Under the pieces are notes generated by a model. That model was given only the letters and a program-made list of their open reading frames with translations, was not told the origin of the DNA and did not search any database. Below are positions 11,399-21,590 of a stretch of 64,000 bases of DNA, piece by piece. This DNA is from an uncultured delta proteobacterium (lineage in GTDB: Bacteria > Desulfobacterota > Zymogenia > Zymogenales > Zymogenaceae), in NCBI GenBank assembly GCA_963792965.1, contig CAWBYW010000004.1, positions 32,001 through 96,000 of the forward strand. Direction: 5' to 3'. Every line of letters starts with the position of its first letter. Positions within the stretch are counted from its first letter, which is position 1. The translations under genes and the position numbers were made by a program.

Positions 11399-12931
11399 GG
11401 CTGTTGTCCCCGTTGCTCAAACATAAACGATCTGTCCTGGCCGCGCTCAATGAGGTTCTTGTACAACGCCAGACGGTTAAGCTGGTTTGTCCCCTCATAG
11501 ATCTGAAGCAGCTTTGCGTCCCGGGCGATCTTCTCGGCCCCGACGTCGTGGCGCAGGCCCTTTGCCCCCATTAATTCAAGTGCAAGGCGCGCATTTTGCG
11601 CGGCGGCGTCGGTGGCGGAGAATTTCGCCATCGAGCCCCATCCCGCGGCACGCCGCCGCTCATGCTCGGACTGCAGGCCGAAATTGACCCACCTGAACCA
11701 CCGGGTTGTGATGTCAAGCCCCATGAGCGGCGAGAGGAGATCCAGGATGGGGCGCGGGGTATATTTCATCGCGTAAAAGACGGGCTTCATCTGCAGGAAC
11801 TTGTACATTCCGGCAAGGCCGTTAACGTAGTTCGACTCGACATATGCCAAGCGCGCCAAGAGGACGTTCTTCAACATCTCGGCGAGCATCATCTGGGCCC
11901 ACTCATGCCGGACGAGGAGTTTTCCGTCCACCTCGGTCGTCCGCGCGAAGGCAAGCGCCTTCTCGTAGGCCCCCCGCGCGGCGCCGGCGCCAAACGCCGC
12001 CACCCCCGCCCGCGACGACGAAAGGACATAGTCGAGGAACCGCTCCTGAATTTGCCGTATCGGCAGTTTGAGCCGGGCGGACTGGATACGGTCCAGACAG
12101 ACCTGATCGTCGGGAACGAAGCAGTCCTCGAAGATTAATTCGCTGGCGGGGCACCCCCGCTGGCCCATCTTGTGTTCCTGCCTCCCGAAGGAAAATCCGT
12201 CGGCCCCGGTCTTGACGGCGACCACGACGGCGGATTGGTCCGGACGCAGTTTTGTCCTCATAGGCCGTTACGACATGCCACGTGGAAAGGTGCCCGTTGG
12301 AGATGAATATCTTTCGCCCATTGAGAAGATAGCCGCCGGCTATGCGCTCTGCCCGGCAGGTGACGTGCGCCCGACTCACGAGGTCGATATCCTCAACGTC
12401 GGTCCCCGCGCCCGGCTCGGTGATCGCAAGCGAGATGAGGCACGGCTCTTTTGTTCGCTCTCCCTGTTTTGTGTCTCGCATAAGGCGGTTCATGAGGGCG
12501 CCGTTCCACGAGCCGCAGACGGTGGCGACGCCGAGGTAATGGACGCCGATGAGGTTGGCCATGGCCAGACATTCGGAGGCGATCTCCTCCATGAAGTAGG
12601 AGACGGCGGGGAAGTTCATCCCCTTTCCCCCGAAGACACGCGGCAGGAAGAGCGTGTAAAAACCCCACTCGTTCGCGGTCCGAACGAAGTCCCACGGGAG
12701 ATGGTCGGGCTCTTCCTGCTTTTTCCTGTCAAGCGGGAGGGTGTACGGCTTGACTACCTCGTCTACGAACCTGCGCGCCGTCGTGATGACTTCTTTTGTC
12801 TCGCTGATCATCGCGTGTGGAAGACGCGGCACGGAAAGGAGACTTGCCGCGATGTCGTCAAAGCGCGGCTCCCGGTAGAGGAGCCGGCGGTCCGCTCTCT
12901 TGTAAAACATCCCTGCCTCCCCTGATGGCAT
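11395..12931 (-). CDS. Acyl-CoA dehydrogenase, frameshifted near 12250
   Basis: LAITEPGAGTD and LNGRKIFISNG in ORF 11903-12931; KMGQRGCPASEL and RDAKLLQIYEGTNQ in ORF 11395-12261. Confidence 0.88.
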
Positions 12932-13162
12932 TGAATCCGTGCGACCTATTTTTTCATATTACGACGGTGAATACAACAGATTTTCACGAGTGTCGCTGGG
13001 GGCCGGCTCGGGGGAAACGCATCTCGCGGACATGACCGGTGAGCGAGCCCAACGGGTTTGGCCGGATTGTTCGTCTTCCCGTCCGGAGCACGGGTCCTGT
13101 CTCGGTACCACTTTTTTGCTCTCTCTTGGGCGGTTTTTATGGTATAAAGATATAAATATCTT

Positions 13163-13966
13163 ATGGAGGCACCTGTCGTGACGGTCAAGCGAGGACCTTC
13201 CGATCTCTCGGGCGAGCCGTTTCTCTATCGATTCCTTATTCTGAAGGTAGGGCTGGTGGTGTTCTTTCTCGTGAGCCTCTTCTACAAGACATCGAAGAAA
13301 TATTTCATCCGGCGGGAAAACGAGGAGCGCCTTTTCCGTGAGAGGAAGCCCGTCATCCTTGCGCACTATCACTATTGGGACGTCTTCTACCTGTTCAACT
13401 TTCAGCATCGCCGCCATGCGATCATGTGTGGGGATCGCTGGGGTGGCGACCTTGGCGCCTATCTGCTTGCACGGGTCGGCACCGAAACGGTACGCCGGAC
13501 AACCCGGGATATGGACCCGACCGACCCGGGATTTATCTCCGGAGAGGCGGCACGGGAGGAGCTCTCGTGGCTCCTCAGGGAGGAGGGGTATAACACGGCC
13601 GTTACGGTGGACGGGCCGCGGGGGCCGATTTTCAGAGTCAAACACGGCATTTTGGATCTGGCCTCCGAGACCGGGGCGCCGATCCTGACGATGGGGGTGG
13701 CCATCCACCCACGCGTCACCATTCCCACTTGGGACCGGATGCTCATCCCGGTCCCGTTTTCGACAATCGTCACCATATTCGGCGGGCCGTTCTTCGTGCC
13801 TAAGGGCGCTGACGCGAGGACAAAAGAAAAAATCCGCCTGTCGCTTGAGGAGTATATGATTGCCATGAAGGATCTCTGTGAGGAAGCCTCGCGCGATAAG
13901 AAGAAGATGAGAGAGCTGATCAACGGCGAGATCCCCATTCCGGCCCTTTCGCCGGCGGATGACTGA
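13163..13966 (+). CDS. DUF374 / lysophospholipid acyltransferase-like protein
   Basis: PVILAHYH, VTVDGPRGP, and TWDRMLIPVPFS motifs typical of DUF374. Confidence 0.8.
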   Translation: MEAPVVTVKRGPSDLSGEPFLYRFLILKVGLVVFFLVSLFYKTSKKYFIRRENEERLFRERKPVILAHYHYWDVFYLFNFQHRRHAIMCGDRWGGDLGAYLLARVGTETVRRTTRDMDPTDPGFISGEAAREELSWLLREEGYNTAVTVDGPRGPIFRVKHGILDLASETGAPILTMGVAIHPRVTIPTWDRMLIPVPFSTIVTIFGGPFFVPKGADARTKEKIRLSLEEYMIAMKDLCEEASRDKKKMRELINGEIPIPALSPADD

Positions 13967-14098
13967 GCGGGCCGAGCCTCCTTGGTCGGGGGGGGTGATC
14001 AGGGGATACGCATATCTCCCATAGCGTCAACGACGCGTAAACCTGACGTAATTCTACCCGTTCACGATAATTTGCTGTCCCACTAAGGCGAGAACGCT

Positions 14099-15070
14099 AT
14101 GTCCGGAAAAGACGCATTCGACATTTTTCAGCTGTCGGACACCCACTTCGACGGCGAGAACCCCGAGATGTTCGGCCTGGTCCTTGACTACCTCATCGAT
14201 ATCGCCCCGCGTTACGTTTTGTTCACCGGCGATATCATCAACAGCCCGCGTGACGACATAAAGACGCTGACGAAGATGCTCCATGCCGCCCTCGGGAGGG
14301 TGAAACAAAAGTCCGGGGTAAAGCCCGTCTTGCTGGTGGTGCCGGGTAACCACGACTTCTACTGGAAAGGGACCTACGGGTTCAAGGTCTCGCAGAAGTT
14401 TCACGGCGCTTTCACGGAGCAGGAGCGCTCGTTTCACTTTTCGCCCCAAAACGAGATTACCATCGCCCCCTTTGACTCCAACCAGCTCTACGAGCCGCGG
14501 GGAGGGCCCTGGCGGAGCCTCCTGCAGATCATCCGGTACAAGACGCACGGCCTCATCATCGAGAAGGATCTCGACGAATTTTCCGAGAGGATCCGCCAGC
14601 TCAGGCGGTCCGCCGAGCGCGCGGCCTACGATGGGTCGTTGAAGATCGCCATGGTCCACCACCACCCGATGCCGACGTCATACGCCGTGTTGCCGCCGCT
14701 GGCAGAAGAGGGCTTCATGATGCTGGAGAACGCGGGGGTCTTTATCCGCCGGCTCATCGATGAGGACTTCGATCTGATCGTCCACGGTCACCGCCACTAC
14801 CCGCAGTTTTGCCGCGCCGTCTATCTCGATTCCGAGGGCGAGGAAAGGATGATCTCGGTGTTGGGGTGCGGGTCATCCAGCAAGAGCACCGATATGTGGA
14901 TCCGCATGCTGGGCCACAACTTCAACGTCATCCATGTCAGAGAGGACCGCACGGTCACCGCCGAGCAATATTTCAAGTTCGGAACCGGCGAATTTCTTCC
15001 CGCCAAGAAGATCATCACGATCAAGGGGCCGAAAGCGACACCGAAGGGTGGCCATGGCACACTCGGATGA
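14099..15070 (+). CDS. Calcineurin-like metallophosphoesterase
   Basis: SDTH, TGD, PGNHD, HHHP and HGHRH motifs. Confidence 0.88.
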   Translation: MSGKDAFDIFQLSDTHFDGENPEMFGLVLDYLIDIAPRYVLFTGDIINSPRDDIKTLTKMLHAALGRVKQKSGVKPVLLVVPGNHDFYWKGTYGFKVSQKFHGAFTEQERSFHFSPQNEITIAPFDSNQLYEPRGGPWRSLLQIIRYKTHGLIIEKDLDEFSERIRQLRRSAERAAYDGSLKIAMVHHHPMPTSYAVLPPLAEEGFMMLENAGVFIRRLIDEDFDLIVHGHRHYPQFCRAVYLDSEGEERMISVLGCGSSSKSTDMWIRMLGHNFNVIHVREDRTVTAEQYFKFGTGEFLPAKKIITIKGPKATPKGGHGTLG

Positions 15071-15731
15071 TCCGGCGCGCGCCTTCAGAGCGCGAGCAAC
15101 CAGGACCTTTAACTCGGCTTCGTCCTTCTACGGCCTGTTCGACCACTTCTCGAGAGAGATCCTGACAAGGACCGCAGACGAGCTGTCGCGGGCCGTTCCC
15201 ATGGGGACAGGCACTCTGATCCTTGAGGTCTTCTGCGCGACCGGGCTCTTTTCCCGGATCCTGGCCGGGACGGGGGCTCGAGTCTTTGGCGCAGACCTCT
15301 CGCCCGAAATGGTTCGCCACGCCGAACGGGAAGGGGAGGGTTTTGGGGTCGATTTTCTGGTGGCGGACGCGGCCGACCTCCCGTTTCCCGACGACTCCTT
15401 CGACCTTCTTGTCGCGGCCAGGGGGCTCCACGCCATGCCGGAATCGGTCCGGGACGGCGTAGTCCGGGAGATCTATCGGGTGAGCCGCGGGCATGCCCTC
15501 TTCATCGAGCCGAAGCGGCCGATCTCATTGTCCGCGCGGGCGGTAATGGGCATCCTCGAACGGCTCGAGGGAGGGTACGAAGACTATCGGAAATTCGTCG
15601 AGATGGATTTTGTCCGGTATCTGACGGGACACGGTTTTTCGTGCCGGACCCTGGTGCCCTATGAAGGAGAGCACATTATCCTCTGTGGAAAGGGAGCCGG
15701 CACCCTCCCCTACAGGGCTGCCGCAACGTAA
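15054..15731 (+). CDS. Class I SAM-dependent methyltransferase
   Basis: LEVFCATG, GADLSPEM and DAADLPFPDDSFD motifs; ATG at 15054 overlaps the upstream gene. Confidence 0.85.
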   Translation: MAHSDDPARAFRARATRTFNSASSFYGLFDHFSREILTRTADELSRAVPMGTGTLILEVFCATGLFSRILAGTGARVFGADLSPEMVRHAEREGEGFGVDFLVADAADLPFPDDSFDLLVAARGLHAMPESVRDGVVREIYRVSRGHALFIEPKRPISLSARAVMGILERLEGGYEDYRKFVEMDFVRYLTGHGFSCRTLVPYEGEHIILCGKGAGTLPYRAAAT

Positions 15732-15808
15732 TCGACCCCCGTTTCTTGGATGGAGACCCTCCTTTGGCTTGACAAGAGGCCGCTTCACCGGTTATCATTA
15801 TTGGTGAA

Positions 15809-17035
15809 ATGGACAAAGACCCCCGGAACGACTTCTCCATCAACGCGATGGCTCTCACGATCTTCACCACCAACATCGGGGGCGGCATCATCATCTCCAT
15901 CCTGTCGCTCTACGTCAGGCACCTCAACATCAGCCTGTCGCTCGCGGGGCTCGTTATCTCACTGTTCGCGATCACCCGCGCGATCTCCCAGCCCATCGTC
16001 GGCCAGTTCATAGACAAAATCGATCCCCGTCCCGTCATAACCACCGGGATCATTGTCTTTACCCTCGCCTCGGCGGCGCCGGCCATCCCCAACGCAATCC
16101 TCCTGTTTACCGCCCGGGCTTTCCTCGGCATTGCCTCCGGCATGGTGGTGGTGGCTTGCTATACGATCATCGCGCGCCTTTACGCGGACGCCTACTCGCG
16201 GAGAATGGCAAACGCGCGCTTCATGGTCCTGGAGATGATCGGCTCGATCCTTGGGCCTGTGCTCGGATCGGTGATTTTCTGGCTCTCCGGCTCGTTCTCG
16301 TCTCCCTTCATCATATGCTCGATGTTCGGGCTGATCGCCCTGGCGATCTTTTTGAAGCGATACAAACAGATCGGCGGGAGCACCTCGCACCTCTCACATG
16401 CCGACGAGGACCCGCATAAGGTAAAGTCGGCCTTCGCGCAGGGCGGCTTCCCGGTCCTGATGACCCTTTCCACGCTAAATTTCCTGTTGATGTTCGTCTG
16501 GGGCGGGCTCATCCTCATCATGCCGCTCTACGCCGATTCGGTGGGGATCGCCGGCTACAAGGCCGGCTATCTTTTCGGAGCGCTGTCGTTCGGGATGATC
16601 TTTTCCATCTGGCTGACCCAGCGGGAGTTTCTCGGCAACACGCCCATAGAGCTGCTGATTATCGTGGGGAGCATCTTCTCGCTCATTCCCCTCACGGCGC
16701 TCATCTTTACGAAGAGCTTCGCGGCATGGCTTGGGATTTTCTGCGGCATGGGAATGGGGGTGGGGGTTCTCTTTCCGGTCTTCCCGTCGCTTGCGTCCGA
16801 AGCGATCCTCAACCGGCCCGGCAAGGGGGTGAGCTATCTCGAGATGGGGGGCAACATAGGATTTATACTCGGCCCGATCCTCTCGGGCTTCTTTATCAAG
16901 GGGGGCGACGTGTCGCTCTCGTTTTATTTTGAGATCGCCGTCTCGTACATTACGCTCCCCGGCGCGATCGCCTTGATTGTCTTACGGCGACGGTCCGCGC
17001 TCGGGAAAAGGACGTTAGGGCAGGAGAGTCTTTGA
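15809..17035 (+). CDS. MFS transporter
   Basis: About 12 hydrophobic segments, motif A-like GQFIDKIDPR, ARAFLGIASG, ILGPVLG. Confidence 0.85.
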   Translation: MDKDPRNDFSINAMALTIFTTNIGGGIIISILSLYVRHLNISLSLAGLVISLFAITRAISQPIVGQFIDKIDPRPVITTGIIVFTLASAAPAIPNAILLFTARAFLGIASGMVVVACYTIIARLYADAYSRRMANARFMVLEMIGSILGPVLGSVIFWLSGSFSSPFIICSMFGLIALAIFLKRYKQIGGSTSHLSHADEDPHKVKSAFAQGGFPVLMTLSTLNFLLMFVWGGLILIMPLYADSVGIAGYKAGYLFGALSFGMIFSIWLTQREFLGNTPIELLIIVGSIFSLIPLTALIFTKSFAAWLGIFCGMGMGVGVLFPVFPSLASEAILNRPGKGVSYLEMGGNIGFILGPILSGFFIKGGDVSLSFYFEIAVSYITLPGAIALIVLRRRSALGKRTLGQESL

Positions 17036-17671
17036 TTCGACGAAGGCGACGCCCATCTCCTCCATCGTCGCCAGAGATTGTTCCAGATGCCCCGGTGGAG
17101 AAGCCACCGGTCTGGTGAGGTCGATGATTACCGCCGCCTCAAATCCCATCGAGACGGCGTCCTTTGCGCTGTAAAAGACGCAGTAGTCCAGCGCGAGCCC
17201 CGAAAGGAAAACCCGCCTGACGTTCTTCACCCGCAGGTAGCCGGAGAGGCCCGTCTCGGTGACCATGTCGTTTTCCATCAAGACCGAATAGCTGTCGATG
17301 TTGAGATGGTAGCCTTTTCTCAGGACGAGGGTGGCGCGGTCGGCATCGAACCTTGGGTGGAATTGGGCACCCTTAGTCCCCTGGACGCAATGGTCGGGCC
17401 AGAGGACCGGCCCGAGCCCCGGCGCCTCGTAGAGGTCGTACGGCTTTTTCCCGGGATGGGCGGCCGCAAAGGACCTGTGACCCGCCGGGTGCCAGTCCTG
17501 AGTCGCCACGACCGTCTTAAAAAGAGGGAGGATCCTGTTGATGCCGTCGACGATCTTATCGCCCTCGACGACCGGGAGGTTTCCCCCGGGCATGAAATCG
17601 GGCTGCAGGTCCACGACGATCAGGGCGTCATCAGGTCTTACGCTGATTTCTTTTGTATAGTTCACGTCCAC
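17015..17671 (-). CDS. pncA: Nicotinamidase/pyrazinamidase
   Basis: VVDLQPDFMPGG, TQDWHP, LWPDHCVQGT, LRKG and GLALDYCV motifs; GTG start with AGGAG RBS. Confidence 0.93.
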   Translation of the reverse strand: MDVNYTKEISVRPDDALIVVDLQPDFMPGGNLPVVEGDKIVDGINRILPLFKTVVATQDWHPAGHRSFAAAHPGKKPYDLYEAPGLGPVLWPDHCVQGTKGAQFHPRFDADRATLVLRKGYHLNIDSYSVLMENDMVTETGLSGYLRVKNVRRVFLSGLALDYCVFYSAKDAVSMGFEAAVIIDLTRPVASPPGHLEQSLATMEEMGVAFVESKTLLP

Positions 17672-17795
17672 GCGAGTCGTTCTCCTTTCTCGTGTAACTA
17701 TAATGATATCGTTTTTTGGTGTCAAGCGAAATACCAAGAATCGGCTGAGAAATGGATATTGTAATTGAAATCGACTTTTGGTACAATGGCAGGCA

Positions 17796-18662
17796 ATGAT
17801 CAAGGACGTTATCATAGAGACGGTACGGGGGCGGATCGTGTTTTCCTGTCCCCACTGCCTGGTCGGGGACGTCTTTTCCTCTGACACCGTCAGGGAGATA
17901 ACGGGTACGAACGCCGCCGTAAAGTGCCCGCGCTGCAACTATATGGTGGCGATCAACAAATCGAAGATCGAAGCGGCGGTTACGAAGCTTGTCTCCGGGG
18001 ATCCTTTCCTCAAGAACCCCCTTTCGGGTCAAAATGAAGAACCCCCCCCGGCGACGCACGAGCCCCCGCAAAGCTCGGTGGCCCCGTCTCCCAAACCACC
18101 CATGCCCCCCGCGAGCGAATCACCGGGCCGGGCCGCGCCCGCCCACAGGGCAACGCACGCGCAAAAAGCGGGGCGGTCCTCCGATCCGGCGCTTCATTTC
18201 GAGAAACTGCCGGCCGATTACGTCATGCGACAGGTACACGGGGACAAAGGGACGCCGATGCCGTCGGCGGTGGGGCTCAACGACCTCATCCTCGTGGTGG
18301 AAGAGGACAGTACGTTCAGGGACGATATCTGGATCATCTTTTCCGATATCGCCCGGGTGGAGGGGTACCGTGGGGTGAAAGGAGCGGCCGACTATATCAG
18401 GAAGCGCGCCGACGAAGTCACCATCATGATGATGGACATGCAGCTCGGAGACGGCAGCTGTTTTGAGGTGTTGGACGCCCTTAAGAACGAGGGCCGGTCC
18501 TCACGCATCCCAACGATCGTCGCCTACACCACTCCGGACGAATACGACGTCGTCAAGATGGGGATCGGCAGCTATCCCCAGGTCAAGGCTGTCATCCAGA
18601 AAGAGGAGCTGATCAAAAAAATGATCGAGCTTTCCATCAAGATCGTTAAAAAGGGAGCGTGA
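17796..18662 (+). CDS. Zn-ribbon (CxxC...CxxC) + Pro-rich linker + receiver-like domain protein
   Basis: CPHC...CPRC; PPPATHEPP linker; LVVEED...MMMDMQLGDGSCFEVL (REC-like). Confidence 0.7.
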   Translation: MIKDVIIETVRGRIVFSCPHCLVGDVFSSDTVREITGTNAAVKCPRCNYMVAINKSKIEAAVTKLVSGDPFLKNPLSGQNEEPPPATHEPPQSSVAPSPKPPMPPASESPGRAAPAHRATHAQKAGRSSDPALHFEKLPADYVMRQVHGDKGTPMPSAVGLNDLILVVEEDSTFRDDIWIIFSDIARVEGYRGVKGAADYIRKRADEVTIMMMDMQLGDGSCFEVLDALKNEGRSSRIPTIVAYTTPDEYDVVKMGIGSYPQVKAVIQKEELIKKMIELSIKIVKKGA

Positions 18663-18800
18663 CGGGATCCCCACTTCCCTCCATTCCTCGAGCCACCGTA
18701 AAAAAATAACGCAACGAAAAAAAATCATTCTTTAACCGCGCGTCTTGTGGTATGATTTTTCGGTTTTCTAAGGACGCGCTTTCATTTTCCGATAGTAGAT

Positions 18801-19514
18801 ATGCCCATGGCGCCCGACATCCTCATCAACATCGTCAATTCCGTGATCGTCTTTACCTGCCCCTCCTGCGGAAAAACCGGCGGGTTTGGGCTTGAAGAGA
18901 TCAGGAAAATGGGCAGGGCCGGTGAAAGCGCCGTCTACCCGTGCGGCCACTGCGGCGCCGAGGCCTCCTTCGATTCAGCCACAATCGAGGGGACCGTGCG
19001 TCTCATGAAAAAGGACAACCCGGGATTGAGAGGACCGTTCGGCGTGAAGTTCGAGGAGGCCTCAGAGATCAGGGTCAGACCGGTGGGCAGTCCGGGTGAG
19101 GGAGGGAAGGGGGCAGGTCCGGCGGCCGGCGATCACGGGGTGATCGTCGTTATCGACAGCGACGAGTCCTACCGGAAGGATGTCCAGGTGATCTTCGAGG
19201 GGTTGGCGCGGGTGAAGGCCTACGGCGGGTCGAAGGGGGCGGTAGATTTCATCAAGAAGTGGGCGCAAGAGGCGATCCTGATGATCATCGACGTTTACCT
19301 GGGCGACGGGACGTTCATAGACGTCTTAGGAGGGCTGAAAGAGAGCGAAGAGGCAAGCAAGATCTCGACGATCGTGGTACACCCCACCCGGAAGGACCGA
19401 GCCATCATCGAGCAGATGGTGCTGCCCTACCCACAGGTCAAGCGCATCATCCACAAGGACGAGCTCCTCAAGCGCCTGTCCGAGGTGGCCGAGAAGTTCC
19501 CGAAGAAGGGGTGA
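18801..19514 (+). CDS. Paralogous Zn-ribbon + receiver-like domain protein
   Basis: CPSC...CGHC; VVIDSD...MIIDVYLGDGTFIDVL; collinear with the upstream gene. Confidence 0.7.
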   Translation: MPMAPDILINIVNSVIVFTCPSCGKTGGFGLEEIRKMGRAGESAVYPCGHCGAEASFDSATIEGTVRLMKKDNPGLRGPFGVKFEEASEIRVRPVGSPGEGGKGAGPAAGDHGVIVVIDSDESYRKDVQVIFEGLARVKAYGGSKGAVDFIKKWAQEAILMIIDVYLGDGTFIDVLGGLKESEEASKISTIVVHPTRKDRAIIEQMVLPYPQVKRIIHKDELLKRLSEVAEKFPKKG

Positions 19515-19610
19515 GGGGATGAACACGCGAGATTAGCCTATTGCCGCCGCCGTGACGTGCCAACTCGGTGCCCGCTCCAGACGTGAGATAAGCCGCAACA
19601 GTACCTCTAT

Positions 19611-20199
19611 CTACCTCTTCACCAGGCTGAAATAGCAGGTCTCGTCTCCCCTGGCTATGCACTTGACTTCCTTGGCCTGATACACGTCCTTGCCGAAGGA
19701 CTGATCGGCGATGTACTGGATGAACCCCTCGTAGTGTGTGCACATGGGCCGGTCGAAGGTGCATCCCGCGCAGTGGAGGCAGTCGAAGCAGTCGAATTCG
19801 GCGATCCCGCCCTCATGTCTTCACAATCTTACCCTTCCCCGAGCCGAGGATGAATAGCTCCAGCGCCTTGGAAAACTTTTCCATGGGCTCGGGAGCGCTC
19901 AAACTGGTCCAGCATGCGTCCTTTTCCGCCACGCATTTCATGACGCTGTATCCCGTCCGCCTCCAGATTCCGAGCGCCCCCTTGAACCCGACGAGATCGG
20001 CAATCTCCGTGTAGATCCTGGCCTGCTCGGGGATGGTGATGGAAGGCTCCCAATTGTAGTCGGGGGGATTTTCAAAGACGTCCAGAATTCCGGCCTTTCG
20101 AAAGACGATCTTTGCCCCGTTTTTGCCGAGGATCTCCGTGATCCCGTCCAGCGAGGCCCGTATGGCTATGTTCGTGGTTCTCTTCTGGGTATCGTCCAT
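19611..20199 (-). CDS. V4R-domain protein, frameshifted near 19815
   Basis: ORF 19813-20199 continues in another frame as EFDCFDCLHCAGCTFDRPMCTHYEGF...EVKCIARGDETCYF, the V4R C...ExxCxAxGxxxC pattern; stop at 19611. Confidence 0.8.
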
Positions 20200-20647
20200 T
20201 TCCGTTTCCTCCCCTCGTTTTCACTCATCGTTAATAAACCGGTCGACAACAGACCACGTGAAGTACCCGGGTACAGAGCGTCGGGCCCGACGGTAACGTC
20301 CCGCCGCAAGGAGACTGCTCTTATGATTCATACCAAATTTGGAAAGAAGCGCCATACTATTTTTGTCGGCACATGCGCAGAGCGCGTGCTTTATGGCACA
20401 CATGTTAATGAGGGAGCGTTTGGGCGGGAGTCAGGTGAGAGAGATACTACATGGATTTCCCTTGTGGCAGGGGGTGGCTCGCTTCTGAGGTTGTCCTATT
20501 CCGACGGCAAGGGCGTTCCTCTTGGCTACGATGACGGTGTGATACGTTTTGTCATCCTCTTTTGCCTGAAACCGAATGCAACTGGAAGGCCGTCGGTTTG
20601 TCGAGGGACAGGGATAGGGTGTCGAGCTCGAATCGGTGTGACGCGCG

Positions 20648-21412
20648 CTACATCGTAAATTTTTCGCCGAGGTATTTCTCGCGGGCCTTCGAGTCGGAGG
20701 CGATGCGGCGCGGGGTGCCGTGGATGAGGATGTTGCCTTCGTTGAGGATATAGGCCCGGTCGCAGATGCCGAGCGTCTCGCGGACGTTATGGTCGGTGAT
20801 GACGATGCCGATCCCCCGCTTTTTCAGCGACAGGACGATATTCTGGATATCGTTGACGATGATCGGGTCTATCCCCGAAAAGGGCTCGTCAAGGAGAATG
20901 AAGTGGGGGTCGGTGACCAGGGCCCGCGTGATCTCCACCCGCCGCCGCTCACCACCCGAGAGCGTAGTCGCCTTGTTGTCGGCAAGATGGGATATCTTCA
21001 GGTCCGACAGGAGATGGACCAGCCGCTCTTCACGCTCGCTCTTTGTTATGGGGAGGGTCTCGAGGATCGCCATGATATTTTCGGCCACCGTCATCCTCCG
21101 GAAGATCGACGACTCCTGGGGGAGGTAGGTGATGCCCCTGCGGGCGCGCTCGAACATCGGCAGCTCGCCGATGTTGCTGCCGTCAAGCTGGATTTTCCCG
21201 GCGTCGGGTTTTACGATACCGACGATCATGTAGAAGCTCGTCGTCTTGCCGGCGCCATTGGGCCCGAGCAACCCGACGATCTCACCGGAGTGAACCTCAA
21301 TATTGACGCGGTCCACGACGATCCGGGATTTGAATGATTTCGTCAGCCCCTCGACGATGAGGAGATGCCCATTCTTTTTCTGGACTTCACCGCTCTCTCT
21401 ATTTATTGACAT
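20648..21412 (-). CDS. lptB: LPS export ABC transporter ATPase
   Basis: GLLGPNGAGKTTSFY, YLPQESSIF, LSGGERRRVEI, ITDHNVRETL, YLGEKF. Confidence 0.96.
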   Translation of the reverse strand: MSINRESGEVQKKNGHLLIVEGLTKSFKSRIVVDRVNIEVHSGEIVGLLGPNGAGKTTSFYMIVGIVKPDAGKIQLDGSNIGELPMFERARRGITYLPQESSIFRRMTVAENIMAILETLPITKSEREERLVHLLSDLKISHLADNKATTLSGGERRRVEITRALVTDPHFILLDEPFSGIDPIIVNDIQNIVLSLKKRGIGIVITDHNVRETLGICDRAYILNEGNILIHGTPRRIASDSKAREKYLGEKFTM

Positions 21413-21590
21413 TTGATCAACCAATCTGCGTGTGGAAGTAGACTGTATCGCGCCTCGTTGTCCCTATCAAAATGGAGCGCCCGCGGGCGGCGCCCCAAAG
21501 GTCTGAAATATGTTCCTGCCTCGGCCGACCTTACGAGCCCGGCCCCCGGGGCCGCATACCGGTCCCGGCTCCTCGGAGGATATGTGTGCG

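Noticed and set aside
19813-19815. TGA as selenocysteine in the Cys-rich V4R gene
   Set aside because: The conserved continuation is in a different frame, so this is a frameshift rather than readthrough.
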